From Kudoa neothunni (lineage: Eukaryota; Animalia; Cnidaria), in NCBI GenBank assembly GCA_964304625.1, contig OZ199840.1, positions 10,943,224 to 11,007,223 on the forward strand: a stretch of 64,000 bases of DNA. Reading direction: 5' to 3'. The notes under the pieces were generated by a model. The model was not told where the DNA came from. It saw only the letters and a program-made list of their open reading frames with translations, and searched no databases. Made by a program: the position numbers and the translations under genes. This document shows positions 14,901 through 28,868 of this stretch, piece after piece (the stretch's first letter is position 1; the number at the start of each line of letters is the position of its first letter).

Positions 14901-15316
14901 CCAATAATATATTTTAGAATGTATTCGAATGATTATTTTAGAAGAAGTTTTGCCAAAATTAGTTTACGCCAGTCTATGTGTAATATTTCTAAAATATTAT
15001 TACTCGTGTTTTATGTTCGCATATCATCGTCGGACATTTCCGATTAGATAAAAGTATAAATAAGCGTCGGAATAAAAAACTATTTGGTTTTTTACATTTT
15101 TATAATATTAAAAATTAATACTTTCTTCGAAGTATTGTGAAATATTTTAAAACATTAAAATGAATATTAAAAATAAATATCATCATATCCAACTTGGATA
15201 AACTTAAATTTATCTGTGATATATACTTTATATGCCTTTTAATCATAAATTCTCGGTGAAATTAATTTATTATCCGATAAATATACATTTTTGTTGGTGT
15301 AAAATTATTGTAGATA

Positions 15317-18194
15317 AGTTTTGGTGTAAATATTTTCTGAAGCCATTATTTTCGGAAACGTTATATTGAATGAATAAAAAAAAATATATTTTTCAACTCT
15401 TGATATATTGTTGGGGTATATCAATATTAAATCAATATTTTTTAAATATACTTTGAAATAAGGATTGATCAACTATTCTATTTCGGCCGAAAATTTCTCC
15501 AATAGTAGAACTGTGTTGTATGATGTGAGAAGAAACCTAAATAAAGTCCAAATTATAATAAATATGGAAGGTACTGAATATGATCCAAAACGAAGCTGTC
15601 ATGTAATGAAAATCAATGCTATGAGATCAAGTTTTGTGGAGATAGATCAATGCGATAAAAATGTAAAGACTTCCAACGATAAATGTATCGTCCCATGTAA
15701 AAATGCATCATGGAGATATAAACACAGAGAAGATCATAAAAGACTCAATTATATAACAATAAAAGACGAACCTAATCTTGATGACGTTAGCGATACCAGT
15801 CGAGTAAGCGTCAAAAAAGTCTATGGATTTCCCATAGGTAAATTGTAAATAATTATAAATATTTTTATTTTTATATAGCTATATTAGTTAATCCAAAAGT
15901 CGTGATTGTGAAATTTTCAACTCATTACTATTTCCATGTAAGTACATGCACAAAAGATGGATGTCGCGTTCGCGGCATTATACATTATAAACAGAACGAT
16001 TCAAAATACGATTGCTACAACACTTTTGTCGACAATATAGATTTCCATATTTGGGTGCCATTTTTTGTAGTGAATTGTTCTCTATATCCTCCCTACTATT
16101 ATTATGTGCCAAATAAAAATTTGAGAAACAAAATCGAGGTTTTCCAACCTCAATTTTATGTCAGCAGAAATAAAGATACTGAAACGAAATACTACCTAAA
16201 TTTTACCAACTCATTTCCCAACGAAATTTGTCGGTTTAGTATCAGAGATGGATCGATTGAGCCTAAATCGATGTTTGTGTCTAATTGTGGGCAATCAAAT
16301 GATTTTTGCTACGCCCCCTGTGATAGTGTACAACTTACCTTAGCAACTATAACCCCGCACGTGGAAATATTGATCCAAGAAAGACACCATATATTAGGCG
16401 AGAATGAGGGATATTTTTATTTTAAATTTGGTAAATTTTTATTTAAATTCATTTTAATAGTATCCTATAGTTGCCATTGAACATTCAGATGAGAATGGAA
16501 GATTAATTTCATCCATTAAAAGCACCAAGATTCGCTTGAATGCGGCCCTATTTGACAAATATAGTCTATTCAGCTCAAATAATAATAGATGTTCAGTTAG
16601 ATATTATCGTGCGGATGTTCTTAAAACATTCGACATATCCAGACCAGCAATTTGTGGGTATCGTATATCTTGCGGCGAAAATTGCGAACCGAATATGACT
16701 ATTCAAAAACTTGATGAGGGTAGTCCCTATATTTTTATAATAAGAATAACAGGAAATAATTATAAAACATTATTTTTGGAAACGTTGCTGATTAAAACAT
16801 GTAATTTGTTTTCGATAATTTAAAAATTTTACCTTATTATAGTGCCAAAAACGGGTGATAACTTGAACAAAAACAGACCTACTCCTCGTAGCACCAGTAT
16901 CTCCATTAAAGCTGAAAATGGTGATTTAACCAATTCTGGCGAGGAATTTACCTGCAAATATTACATAAGAGTTGTTGGAGATCGTCCGTTTTTACCAGCA
17001 GATTGTGAGGATATTAATGAGTGTAGAGATTATTGTAAAAAAAACAAGACCATAGTTAATCTTCTACCCAAAACCTCCTACGATATCAAGGTTGTTTTTC
17101 ATAAGTTGTACGGTTCAATGATACACGAAAATATTACTACTTGTAAATTATTTTTCGTTATTCTTTATATTTTTGTATAGACTCGTTATTGATATTATCT
17201 TATAAATATTTGGAGAATGGTTTTGTTGTAATCGGGGAGTTAAATCCCTCCAATTCAAATGCACGTTGTCATTATGTAGTAAATGTATTCAATGTGACAC
17301 ATTGGAATCCAGTATACTACTGTCCTAATAAATCTATTAACTTAATAGTTGATTCAAATTCTGGTAATATCGACCATGAGAAAGGTTTTTTAACGGACTC
17401 CGTTCCCGTATGTAATAATGTGGCTTTTTGTAATGAAATTAAATTCACGGATGGTTATGACGAAAATAACAAATATAAAGTAATAGTTGGGATAGAGGGA
17501 GAATCTGTCATTGGTTCGGTGATAATTAATCCAAGTAATATAAATTGAGTATAATTATATTTTTTATTTTACCTGAAATAGGGGAAAAAACTTCAACTCA
17601 ACCTGGAAAAATAATAGTGTGGTTGGAACGTAACAAAAGTTCATTAATAGTTAGAACAGAATTTACAGCTAGTGTAAAGAATGATTCCAAATGCTTATGG
17701 GAATTATTTCATGGGGATTATCCATCATCATCACCATCAATATTTTCTAAATGTATGTTCGATCACGATGTTGGATGCATTTCTCCACCAAAGTGCAAGA
17801 TGTTTGTAATTAAAGAAGTTGGTGAGCTTGGCAACTATATTTTAAAATTGTACTTGAATGAAAACCAAGCGACTTGGGGAGAAGCTGAAATTAAGCCAGG
17901 TGAAATTTTTGATATTTTACATAATAAAGAGTTATATAGAATTGAACGTGGAAAAAGAGGTAGAGGTAGAGGAAGAGAATAACAAGGTCACTTCTGTGTA
18001 ATTATGTACAATTTTATGGAGATTATAATAATATTTGTTTAGTCTTATCAAATTAATGTACATTAAGTTTATTTTTTGGAATAACATTATTTTATTACTT
18101 TAGGGTCACTGGAATTATTATTTCTTCTTTAATTATTATCTTGATCATTTTTGTATATTTCAAATTTTGGGAGGAAAATGAAATGGCACCATAA
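15317..18194 (+). CDS. Surface-protein family copy 3 (exons 2-10 appear in frame; first exon and start codon unresolved)
   Basis: ORFs 15465, 15902, 16536, 16842, 17189 and 17545 join through phase-1 GT-AG introns. Then come an acidic linker exon, the micro-exon 18043-18057, and TM exon MVTGIIISSLIIILIIFVYFKFWEENEMAP*. The region aligned to the copy-2 ATG reads AAG. Confidence 0.8.
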
Positions 18195-18634
18195 AATTTC
18201 GCATTTTCATTAACTTAGTTATGCATTATATTAGTAATTTTTCTTTTTTAGTTTTAGTTTCTTGTAAAAGTCAATTTTTGTGCTTCACATCCAAAATAGA
18301 TGTAAATAAGAATAAATAATTAATCTTTCTCATTATTATCAAGTTCATTAATTATTTTATTTTCAAAAAGTTATAATATATATATATAAATTATTAAACG
18401 AATATTCGAATTTCATTTTTTTGAATAATCTTAAATTGAGCACTTTTCAACGAATTGGTCACATTTAGATCGTGTTTTATATTTAATTAATTTATTTATT
18501 TATTTAAAGAGATAATTTCTATTTATTGTATAAACTTAGGGTGAATATTTTAAATGGTTTCCTAATGTATTGTACATTTAATTTTCACACGCGCACATAC
18601 ACATGAGTAATGTGTATTTAATAGAGTGACTTAT

Positions 18635-19274
18635 GGGTCGTGTGCAATCAAACTTATTAAGCGCGAGTCATAATTCCGCACCACACAAAACTTCGCGCAT
18701 ACGCGAACAAACAAAAATGTAAAAAAAATAAATATTCGAGTATATTTTGACCAATTGGTATGATAATTTAATTTAATATTTAATTCAACATGATTTATAA
18801 TTTGAAAATTCACTAAAAAATGTAATATGCGAAATGTATAATCTTTTTGTAAACCCCCAATCTATGTAGTAGATACAAGTATTGATTGTGAGGCACCACA
18901 AGGAATTCATTAGCTTCACTGATAAAAACTCACTGAGAATCTTCTATTTGATTTCTCTCATTCGTTAAATCCGCTCTTTCATTTGTAGATCAATATTCAC
19001 ATTTTCTCCTTTGAGAGTTTTTCTTAATTTGGAACATAACAATCGTCATAATGTTAAAATAACTAGTCCGTATGTTTATAATAGTATTCAAGGCAGTTCT
19101 TATTTTTACATCAAAGATCTTCATTGTTTTAAATTTAGCGTTTGATTTATTCATTACTTTTTTTTAATATTTTATAATTTCTAATTTTTGGTTAAAGTCG
19201 AAATTTTTTTATTATCAAAAGACGCACAATTTTGTTTCGTCGTAGTGATGAAAAAAAATCATTGCGCACGACAC
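18635..19274. mobile_element. Putative MITE (possibly MULE-like)
   Basis: Imperfect TIRs GGGTCGTGTGCAATCA / TCATTGCGCACGACAC. No clear TSD. Confidence 0.4.
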
Positions 19275-20662
19275 ATGAAATGCATAAAAACTACTCACAA
19301 TGTATTATATATAAAGTCGAATAGAAGTAATATGTTTCAAATATTATAAAGTTTATAGAGTGTAAGTTAAAATTGTTAAAAGTTGAATAATTTAGGTACT
19401 ATTGCAATATTACGTTCGACACATTATTGCCAAGAACCATAAATTACTGTATCATTTAATTCATATTAATATTGCTCTTTTTATTTTTTATAAATAGCTT
19501 TCATTAAAAATTATTCTTCAAAAATTAACAGCTACTAAACTTTTCCTACAATTTTCAAATGAAATAAAGTTTGACGATTGATTATATTGTCAAAATAAAA
19601 TTAGTATAACTTTCTTTATAATTCAAATAAATAAACGAAAAAAATATATAAACTAAAATAAGTGTTTATTGATCGTAGGTATTATTTTAAAAGACTAAAA
19701 GGTGACATATCAAAAAAATAGTGAAGATAATTTAAAATAATATGTGTAGAATTTATTTAAATCGCTAAGTCGTATAACATGGAAGTCAAACATTACTAAA
19801 AATGTTATTAAGGAGTATGATTAATTTAGAAGTTAGTATTCGGACAATCAAGTGGGTTTTAATCGGTTATTGGAAATTTAATGAAGACTTCACATGCGTC
19901 GGCGGTGTTGTATTTGGGATTCTGTAACAAAATTAGATGTTATCATAATTAGCTGAATTCTTCCTAAAGATCAGTGTTTCCCACCGGTGGGTCCTACAAA
20001 TTTTTGAATGTTTAATGAATGGCTTTTGTAGGACGTGGAAAATTCTGACCATTGATGTGACATGGATAATGGTGAGATAATTGGGGGCAGTGTGGCGCAC
20101 ACTAAAATAATTACTTCGATTTTGATCTTGTTTATTTTTAAGCAAATTTGAATATCCTAAAATAATACAAAAGCACTGATTAATTTATATAAAAACGTAT
20201 TACATGGTTTTTGCTCAATAGAACGGGAATGGTTATATTTCCAATGTTGTCATCTTTAAAATCGTGACCCCCTCTTTTGACTTATCCAAAAACAATATTG
20301 ATTAATTTTCAATATTAATTATTTAATTTCAGTTTATAAACCCCGAATACAGAAATATTTTGCTGGATGTGGGGTGGATTACCAGAAGTTTCACTTAACG
20401 CGATTTTGACTGAATAAAGAAATAAAAATGTTAATTTTTAGAGTCCATCTATAAATTAAATTAGATCTGATCGAATACATTTTAATCCTAATAAAAAAAA
20501 ATAAATATTAGTCATTTTCTAATTTTAATGTGGCATGAAGCTTGGTTCAAAATTATAACGAGTTTAATTTAATAAATATAATATATTTGAAAAAGTTGGC
20601 GATGCTCTTCCAAAACGTGTAGAAAGGAAACTTCACTTCTTTAGTCAACGTTTTTCAATAAT

Positions 20663-21321
20663 ATGAAAATAAAACTTCATAATTTCTTGGAGTTGGCGTA
20701 TTGTTGGCTTGAGGTTGTGAGAAGCGCTAACTTTGTTACAATTACGGGGCACTCTTCTCAAACAATTACTAACTATTATCACTATCTTTGCCAGCTTGTA
20801 ACGGACAGTCTGGGCTCTGAAAACGCAGTTATTGGATGGGAAAAAATAATTGTTGAGATTGATGAACCCATGTTTAATAACGTAGAGCATAACAGAGGAC
20901 ATGGCATTAATGGAGCATGGATTCTTGGAGGTGTAGAATGGACACCATAACGAAAGATGTTTTCAATAGAGGTTCCTGACAAACCGCCAAGACTCTTATC
21001 AAAAAAATTAAAACATACCTTCACCCTGGCTCCATTATCATGACTGACTGCTTCAAAAGTTATGGGAAACTCCCTAATTTCTGTGCTTATCACACTATAA
21101 ATTACAGTATAGAATATGTAGATAGTACCACGGGTGCTCGTACAAACATTATTGAGAAAACGTGGGTTGCCATCAAATACAAAATATCACCAAGGAACAG
21201 AACTGCCTCAGTAAATGAAGATGGTTTTATCAGTATGGATGGATTTAATGCATTTCTTGGCGAATTTCAATGGAGACGACAAAATAACCCTGATTTGTGG
21301 ACTGGCTTTTTATCCTTATAA
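20663..21321 (+). pseudogene. Merlin (IS1595/ISXO2-like DDE) transposase relic
   Basis: Motifs EIDE..HNRGH..WILGGVE, PGSIIMTDCFKSY..L, HTINYS..YVDSTTGARTNIIEKTW and FLGEFQWRR, interrupted by a stop and a frameshift. Degenerate inverted ends near 20370 and 21580. Confidence 0.85.
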
Positions 21322-21909
21322 CAAGCTGCAAAAAACCTGACCTTTAAAATAATAAAAGCAATCCGCAAATGTCCGAATGATAACTAATATAAAGGTTATT
21401 TGGAATGCTACAATCCTCATTAAAAAATTGTTGGTTAATATCAATTAGATTTTTATTTTTGTTATATTTTTATAACGTTTTTTTTGATTGATAGCGTCAA
21501 TCCTTTATTAAATCGGATTAGGGGGTGTATATCAAAATTCGGTCAAAAACTGTTTTAGAGGAATTTCAGTATAATTCCCCATACATGGATTAATTAAAAG
21601 GATCAGTTTATTAAAGGTAGTTGTTATTGACACGGATCATAATTAATATTCAGGTATGTGTAGTTTTGACTGTATTTAAGTACTTTTGATCCCTAGAAGC
21701 GGTAGCGAATGCCAAAAATATTATGCCATTTAAAGGAACAGAGAAAACTTGAGTCAAAACCAGAACGAGAAAAATCGATTTATACGCTTGATAAGTCATA
21801 ATTATTTTATAATATGGCTTAAGTTGCCATTAGTATAGATTACGTGACAAAAAATAATTAAATACAATTAAAATTACAGTTACCTGAATATTATGATTGT
21901 GTCAATATC

Positions 21910-22590
21910 GGTTAAAGTGTAGAATAATGGCCGTAATCCAAGTCAGCGACCATGATAAAAATCGAACCTGTTGATTACTTTAATTTTTTGTATTTATCAT
22001 TGTTTAATCACCAATAGGTTATTTTCGGTATTGTATTTATTATCAATAATAGTCGCTGCAATCTATCATATGGAAATAACTGCTAGCCCCTCGCAGTTAT
22101 TTCCACATAGCATATCATTTAATCCAGGGGTTCCCAACTGGGGGTGCGACATCCGATCAATATTGAAAATTTTTTTGGACAAATTCTGAGTTAATTACAC
22201 GTTATAGTATGTAAAGGGGTGCGAGTCCAGTTTTCGTTGAGAAGCTCTGATTTAATCGATCGATTAAAGCATGCTTTATTTATACTAAAATTTGAGTGTG
22301 ACAACTATTATTTTTTAACGATTGTCATATTTCATCCCTAGAAATTTTCTAGTATTAATTCTATGCCTATAAGAATAAGAAATTCATATTTTCTGCAAGC
22401 ACTAGGTGTTAAATTGTATCACATGCATAATGTTAATATCAAAAATAATTTATTATAATTAATTCGATCATTTCTATCATTAAATGTTCAACAAATATCA
22501 CGCTAATTTAATTTAAACTATGTACGATCAATATACGAACCAATTATAACCTTTAATCGGAAAATACCGCCATTATTTTATATTTTAGTC
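21910..22590. mobile_element. Merlin-type MITE, copy A (contains a nested hAT MITE)
   Basis: TIR GGTTAAAGTGTAGAATAATGGCCG.. and homology along its length to 50280-50840. Flanks tcaatatc/caaatatc. Confidence 0.7.
22125..22249 (+). mobile_element. 125-bp hAT (Buster/Charlie-type) MITE
   Basis: Ends CAGGGGTTCCCAAC ... GTTGAGAAGCTCTG with a perfect 8-bp TSD ATTTAATC. Absent from the paralogous site near 50500. Confidence 0.85.
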
Positions 22591-23031
22591 CAAATATCCA
22601 GTGACTTAATTTAATAAATAGCTTGTAATAGTTTTATCGATGTTGATTTTATAATCTAAGGGAAAACATAATGTTTGTCATTAAAAACACGTAGTTTAAA
22701 ATGAATCAATTAATTATTTGAAAAATAATTTTATCGTATCAGGCTTAACAATTAAAACGAATCAACCTTAAAAAGTGATTAATAAACTAAAGGGTATTAA
22801 ATATAGCACAAGAAAATCTAGCTTCCTAACTTTGTGACTTTGTACCGACAAAATTTGACTTGTTCTACTTAGCGGTGAAGGATCGCAATTTAAGCAGCTA
22901 CTCTGCTTGCTCGAATAGGTAATTATATAATTTTTACTGCGCGTATATCTGTATTTCTGAAATTTTACGTTGCAGTGATTAGATTGCTATTGATTTGAAC
23001 GTAATATCAAAAACAGCTGGTTAGATCGCAG

Positions 23032-24519
23032 ATGGAGAGTATAACCAAAGACAAGTTTGACTCTTCTATTCCAAAAAGTACTTCTGTTATAATTTTCATG
23101 GTAATTGAATGTTAGTGACCACTGCTGAAATAAATGTGGGATATAAGCCGAAGGATAATAATAAGAGTTCTCGAAAGAGATTTTATATAGTTATAGCAAT
23201 TGTGGTGGCAGTTGTGTTTTTGAGTCTGATGGCTGTTGCAATCCATTTTTTGATGCATCGTAAGAAAATACACAAAGATTTAATTACTTTGCCGACCATC
23301 GGATATTTGTTCATTGCCGACCTGAATAATTACCCCACTGAAAGAAAGTGTGAAGAAATGGATACGGATGATTTTGACGTTCTTTTTGAAAATTTTATCT
23401 CCAAAAAAAACATTGGGGTGCAAACATTTGCACTTATTTGCAAAAATATGCTTACATCCAATGGAATAATCATTGGCATCAGAAAACCGCTTACAGAATT
23501 TTTAGAAAAGGCCAATAGTCATGGCATATCCATTGGAATTATTATTCTACCATCCCAACTGAGACAAGAAGAACTTGTCAACAGCATTGAAAGGATCCCA
23601 TTTTTGTCTTTCTATATTTATTATAAGCAGAAAAATGAAATCGATAATGCTGCAATAAAAAACTTTGCTGACACTATAAACGAAAAATTATACTATACAT
23701 TGAAAAGATCTATAAATTTGATTCTTGAACTAGATAATTATGGGGAGGTTGAAGAAATAAAATCAATATTTGAATTCATTGATGGTGTGGTAATGCCAGT
23801 TGATTTGTTTGACGCGGAAAACATTTATGTATATCCAGAGTCAGTAACACTGATACTTATCCCAAGTAATTCAATTCTTAATTGTTTGGGCTACTGCTAG
23901 GTATTTAGGAAGGTTAAAAATCGATGAAAATGGAATCCTCCACCAAAGTCCTACTCCGACAGATATGAAGATGTATTTAATTTCAAGATGTAATTTTCTT
24001 TCGAATGCTTCCGCATTCACTAATGAAGATTTCTTTACTGGAGACGAATTTACGCGATACTTATCTCTTTTTCCAAATTTGGACACCAATGTGTTATCGT
24101 TCCACAGTTTCGTTAATGACTTTATTAATTTGAGAAGTAGAAATGATATTTGGAAGAAGATAAAACATGCACTCACCACGACAGATTACCTAAGCAATAC
24201 TAAACTAGCTTTGTCTTTTACAATTGAAATACCCTCTGATATTGACAGTGATTTCACTCACCTTGTGCTTGTTCAAAATATGAACTCACACAATAATGTT
24301 GTGGATTTTAGTTTGGATTTGTTCGGTTTTATCCCAGGGTTGAAAGCCCAAGTGCTCATTAGTTACCCACGTTATAATTCACTGGAAGAAAAAATTATCA
24401 TAAATACAAACAATTTTCAATTAATAGGAGGTGGTTCAATTGTTCTTGCCGTGTACAAAGTTGATAACGCTCGAACACTAAGCGGTGTTCTTGATGCATG
24501 GCCACCTAGCCGACCTTAA
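23032..24519 (+). CDS. Orphan type II membrane protein, 3 exons
   Basis: ATG 23032 (MESITKDKFD..). Introns at about 23078-23115 and 23840-23900 join ORFs 23109 and 23965 in frame. Basic RKR precedes TM helix FYIVIAIVVAVVFLSLMAVAIHFLM, followed by an ectodomain of about 400 aa. Confidence 0.75.
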
Positions 24520-24881
24520 TAACCATAAACTTCACGACGTTAAATTATAATATAAACCATTGTATAATTAGTCTCAACTACATAATTTTTGGTTTTCTGC
24601 TTGATTTTTATTGGTTACTTGCGCAATTTGCCCAGTTTAGCTCGGTGGTAAAAATGTTTTGAGTTGAAAAGTCCCTTAAAAGTTACACTAATACATTCAG
24701 TTAACCCATAGAAAGGATTAAATTAAAAAAATTTTTAAGTATTTTACTTTCAACAATTATATATTTGAAACTAAAAACAAGATCGATTCGTGTAGATCAC
24801 AAAATTGGAAAAATTTCTGCTAGAAGATAACTTATAAGATTATTTTTTTGACTCGAATTAATATCACATTATCCAACATAA

Positions 24882-25290
24882 CAGAGATGGGAAATTAAAT
24901 TTAGAAGTGGGCCACGTTATTGTTATTATGTAAGCTACTGAGCCGGATAATAACTGGTTATATTTTTTATGATATTTTTCATTAAAATTTCTATTTATGG
25001 TTTCATAAATAGTTTGTTTTTTAAGAATAAACTAATTAATTACTTACTCAACTCTATAAAATAGACAAATAATTTTTTTTAATATTTCCGGTACTCAAAT
25101 CAAACATGAAACTTCAAAAAATGTTATTTTTTAGTTAATGTGACAGGTGATATCGACCATAATCGTTCACCAAATTTAAAGTCTGGATCCAATTTCCTTG
25201 TGGTTGTTCCTAACATTGTTTGGAGGTTTGAATTGGTGAGAGGACATCTATTCTTTGATTTGTTCATATTCATAATTGAAGATGTTTCTT

Positions 25291-25326
<36 letters not shown>

Positions 25327-26960
25327 TAGATGCAAAATCAACAAAAAGCTTTCTTGGAAATTCTTTCAAGTTTTTGAATTTTTCATCATGTATAGTAAAT
25401 AGCATAAAAATCAATTAGCTTTTTATTTTCAAATGTAGACTTCAAGATTTTATCAGCTTGGAGACCTATTAGTTCCCATTGCAAAATTTCTGGTGCTTGG
25501 TCAATATTAAAAGTAAAAGGAGATCTCAACAAATCAAACTGGTACTGAATCGCCTTGAAATCTGAGAATCGTCGTTTAATTTCCTCTAGAAGTGACAACA
25601 TCTGCCTACAGTATTTTTAGAAAGTGTTAGTTTCACACGTTGGATTTTTAACAAGGAAAATGGAAAATGTTTTGATCAGATAACTGCTTCGCAAAAGGTG
25701 CTAATTTGGTTCCGAACGATTTGATCTCAACATATAAATAGTGAGAAAATACATCTTCGCCTTAGAGTTTTTTATTTAGATCGTTAAGTTTTTGCATAAC
25801 ATCAGTCGCAACAGCAAAATCTTACATCCTATCGTTGTCTTTAGTTTTCTGTGTGAAATCGCAAGTTAGATTTTTACTTTCAAAAAACAGTAAAATTTCA
25901 TCTTTAAGCTCCCAGACTTTTCTTAATACCATTCCAAGACTAAGTCATCATACAATTGTGTGGTACAAAACAGTGAAATCTGACTCTATTTCTTCGAAAA
26001 AATTCTGGGACTGTCTATGATTCATCCCATCCGATCTTATCATATTTACTGCATTTGTTACATCCTAATGTATAGAGGTGAACTTTGAAAACGCACCTTG
26101 TTGTTGCATTAATTTATTCGCCACACCCACTACCTACCTTTTGAATTCATTTTCAGTAAAGTTTGACCGAAATTTGGATGATGAGATTGGAAGTGCCTTT
26201 TTAAGTTATACTCCTTGAATACCGCACAAGCATAATGAAAAAACAGGCATGTGGCTTTGGTCCCAATATCAATAAAAAATACTTTCCTGTCTAATCTTTG
26301 TTAAAAACGCGACATTCATAATCAATCATTCGATTTGGCACGCTCATTATGGTTAAACTGGATTTCACATGAATGGATTGTGATGTATTTTATGTCCTGA
26401 TTATAAGATTTAATAGGCTGAATGGTCATAACAGTCTCTTAAATGTATTTTATAAAGAATTCTAAACGTACTTTGTTCAAAATCAATTTTTTTGTTTATG
26501 ATGGTGCATCTCATTCTTTAAAGGATTTTTATGGGTTATTGAGCTATACGGTTCGGTTTAGCGGAACTTAATTTTTAGCAGTGATGATTTTTGAATCTAG
26601 TTTATATTTATTAACCTATGATCAAGTTAAAAATGTTCTTTAGGTATACTTATTGCCCTAAATTGTGTTTCGATTGCAAACATTACATTGATTTTAAAAA
26701 GCGCTTCACAGATCATAGAACAGTCTTTATCACGTTTTAATGGAGAATTACGTTCATATTAAGATATACGTCAATGTTTTATTGATCATAGATTATTAAA
26801 ATAAATTAATACGGCAGCATGATATATGTACCTTCATTAACATTAGTCTCGCACTTAAATAATGCCCTAGTTGCATTGTTTAATAATCAAATCAGAAATT
26901 CACCCATTTCTTCATTAAACCTGGTCAAGATACATTCAGGCAGTAATTTGCCCATCCTTA
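24882..26960 (-). mobile_element. Decayed hAT (SPIN/GTF2IRD2-like, Buster group) transposon with transposase relic
   Basis: TIRs CAGAGATGGG.. / ..TTTGCCCATCCTTA with TSD caacataa/caatataa. Minus-strand relics include EEIKRRFSDF, ELIGLQAD, STY(IY)nICEETSSIMNMNKSKNRCPLT and VLRKVWELKDEI. Confidence 0.85.
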
Positions 26961-27827
26961 CAATATAACCTATAATACATTCTTGATTACAATATAGTTA
27001 CGCAGCTCCGAAATAATAAACAAATTATTTATATAGTCATATAAGGTGAGACTTCGACGTTTTTTATTTAATTTAATTGCTGAAAGGTTAGTTTACGGAT
27101 GGCCTCAACTGAATCCATGGTCATAGTCAGAATATTGAAGGCTTTAATTTACCTATTTTTAATATACACTACCAAATCATCATTAAAAATTTTCAAAATG
27201 TACTTATTTAGTAAAATATGTTTAAACTCCTTCTATAAGGAATGTGTTTGCACATATCTTATAAAAACACACCTAATTTATGTAGGCACTGACTATTGGA
27301 ACGGACGGGAATATCTCTTAAAACAACGCTTGTATCAGAATTTTAATTTTGTAAATACATGTAACAATAAATGAACTACTAATAAATATATCAGTTGACA
27401 TTTTACCTCTAGTTTTACCAATTATGCATGGATTAAGTTGTAAATTTCTTAAAAAAATTATAAATGACGTTGAAATTACTGAGAGTGAGGGCGCGTGCTA
27501 AAAATACTCTAATGCGTTCCATTTCGTTTCTGTCAATTTTATCTTTGTTTCTTGATCAAAGATGGGGAAAAATATTAATAATATTTTTCTCAGTTAACTT
27601 TATTATTAGAATTGATATAACTATTTTAAGATCAAATAATTGTGATTTTTAACTATTATCAATGATTAATTCTACCGGCCCCCAAAAACCTTTCTTTGAG
27701 TACCAAATTTCACCTAACTCTTAATATAAATACAGAATATAATATTAAACTAAAATATAAAGTTTATATGTATTAAATTATCATAGAATTAAATGAGTTA
27801 AAAATTTACATTTGAGTATATATTTAA

Positions 27828-28868
27828 CCTTCGAGCGTTTCTGGGGTCAAATTGACCTCAGAAACTATTGTATTATTGTATTACAAGTTTTAAATAGATA
27901 GGAGAATTTAACAAATTGGGCTATCCGGTGTATTCTCATAAATAACTAATACTTTATAATTGTTCAGTGAAAATTTGAAAAAATAGAATAAACAACGATA
28001 TACAAAAAAAACATACACTTTATGCTTTTTGGGGTAAATTTGACCCAAGGGTTTTTATTGCTTTAAATGATAACAGAATATTTAAAGAAATTGATGGTTG
28101 AATTCCATAAGCAGAATACTGGGAAAATAAGGAAAACATGTAAACGAGATCATATTCTATAACACGGATGCTTCCATTTTACCGCTCCATTCGCACAAAT
28201 TTACCCTAAACATGCTGACAAAAGCCTGAGGAAGCCTTGGATGAGATTTATCTCACTGATTATGAGAGGGATTCTAACGAATTATTTTATGTCACTTATT
28301 TTAATTGCCGAAATTCAAATTCTGGTGGATCCGACGATAAAAATGAGGATTTGAATGTGTTTTGCGAGAGGACTAATGTTTTTAGCCTAAATTAAATATA
28401 AAGGGCGACGTAGAAAAATTCATATTGTTTACGTGCGATTCAAACTGGATTAAAGGGGTTAAGTGATTATGTTTACTTTTTCCCTGTATCGGGGGAATTA
28501 CGTAAATCGGTTACCAACTACCAACTGTAGGGAACTAATTTGTTACTCACGTTGCAAACGAACTTAATTTATCAATGTTTTTAGTAAAACAAGAAGTTAA
28601 ACCATTTTTACACGCCAAAAATTGATTTATCTCATTAATTCGTTACAACAAAGTCCAAATTGACAAAAACATATGTTGCGCCAACAAATTCGAATTATTT
28701 TGTGTACACGCGATGTAAATCTTGGTGGAAATACGATAGATATTTGTCAATTAATTTTAAATATGATTACATAACTATTTATTGTATTTAACGATGCAAT
28801 AACCGCCTGGGGGTTAATTTGACCCCAAAATCATTAATTGTGTAGTTGATTTTGAGACGCTCGGAAGG
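27828..28868 (+). mobile_element. Non-autonomous piggyBac element
   Basis: TTAA on both sides (27824-27827 and 28869-28872). TIR CCTT(C)CGAGCGT. Subterminal palindromes GGGGTCAAATTGACC at about 27843, 28031 and 28810. Confidence 0.85.

Noticed and set aside
20663-21321. Bacterial IS1595 insertion or contamination
   Set aside because: The context is intron-rich eukaryotic DNA, and eukaryotic Merlin elements share this transposase family.
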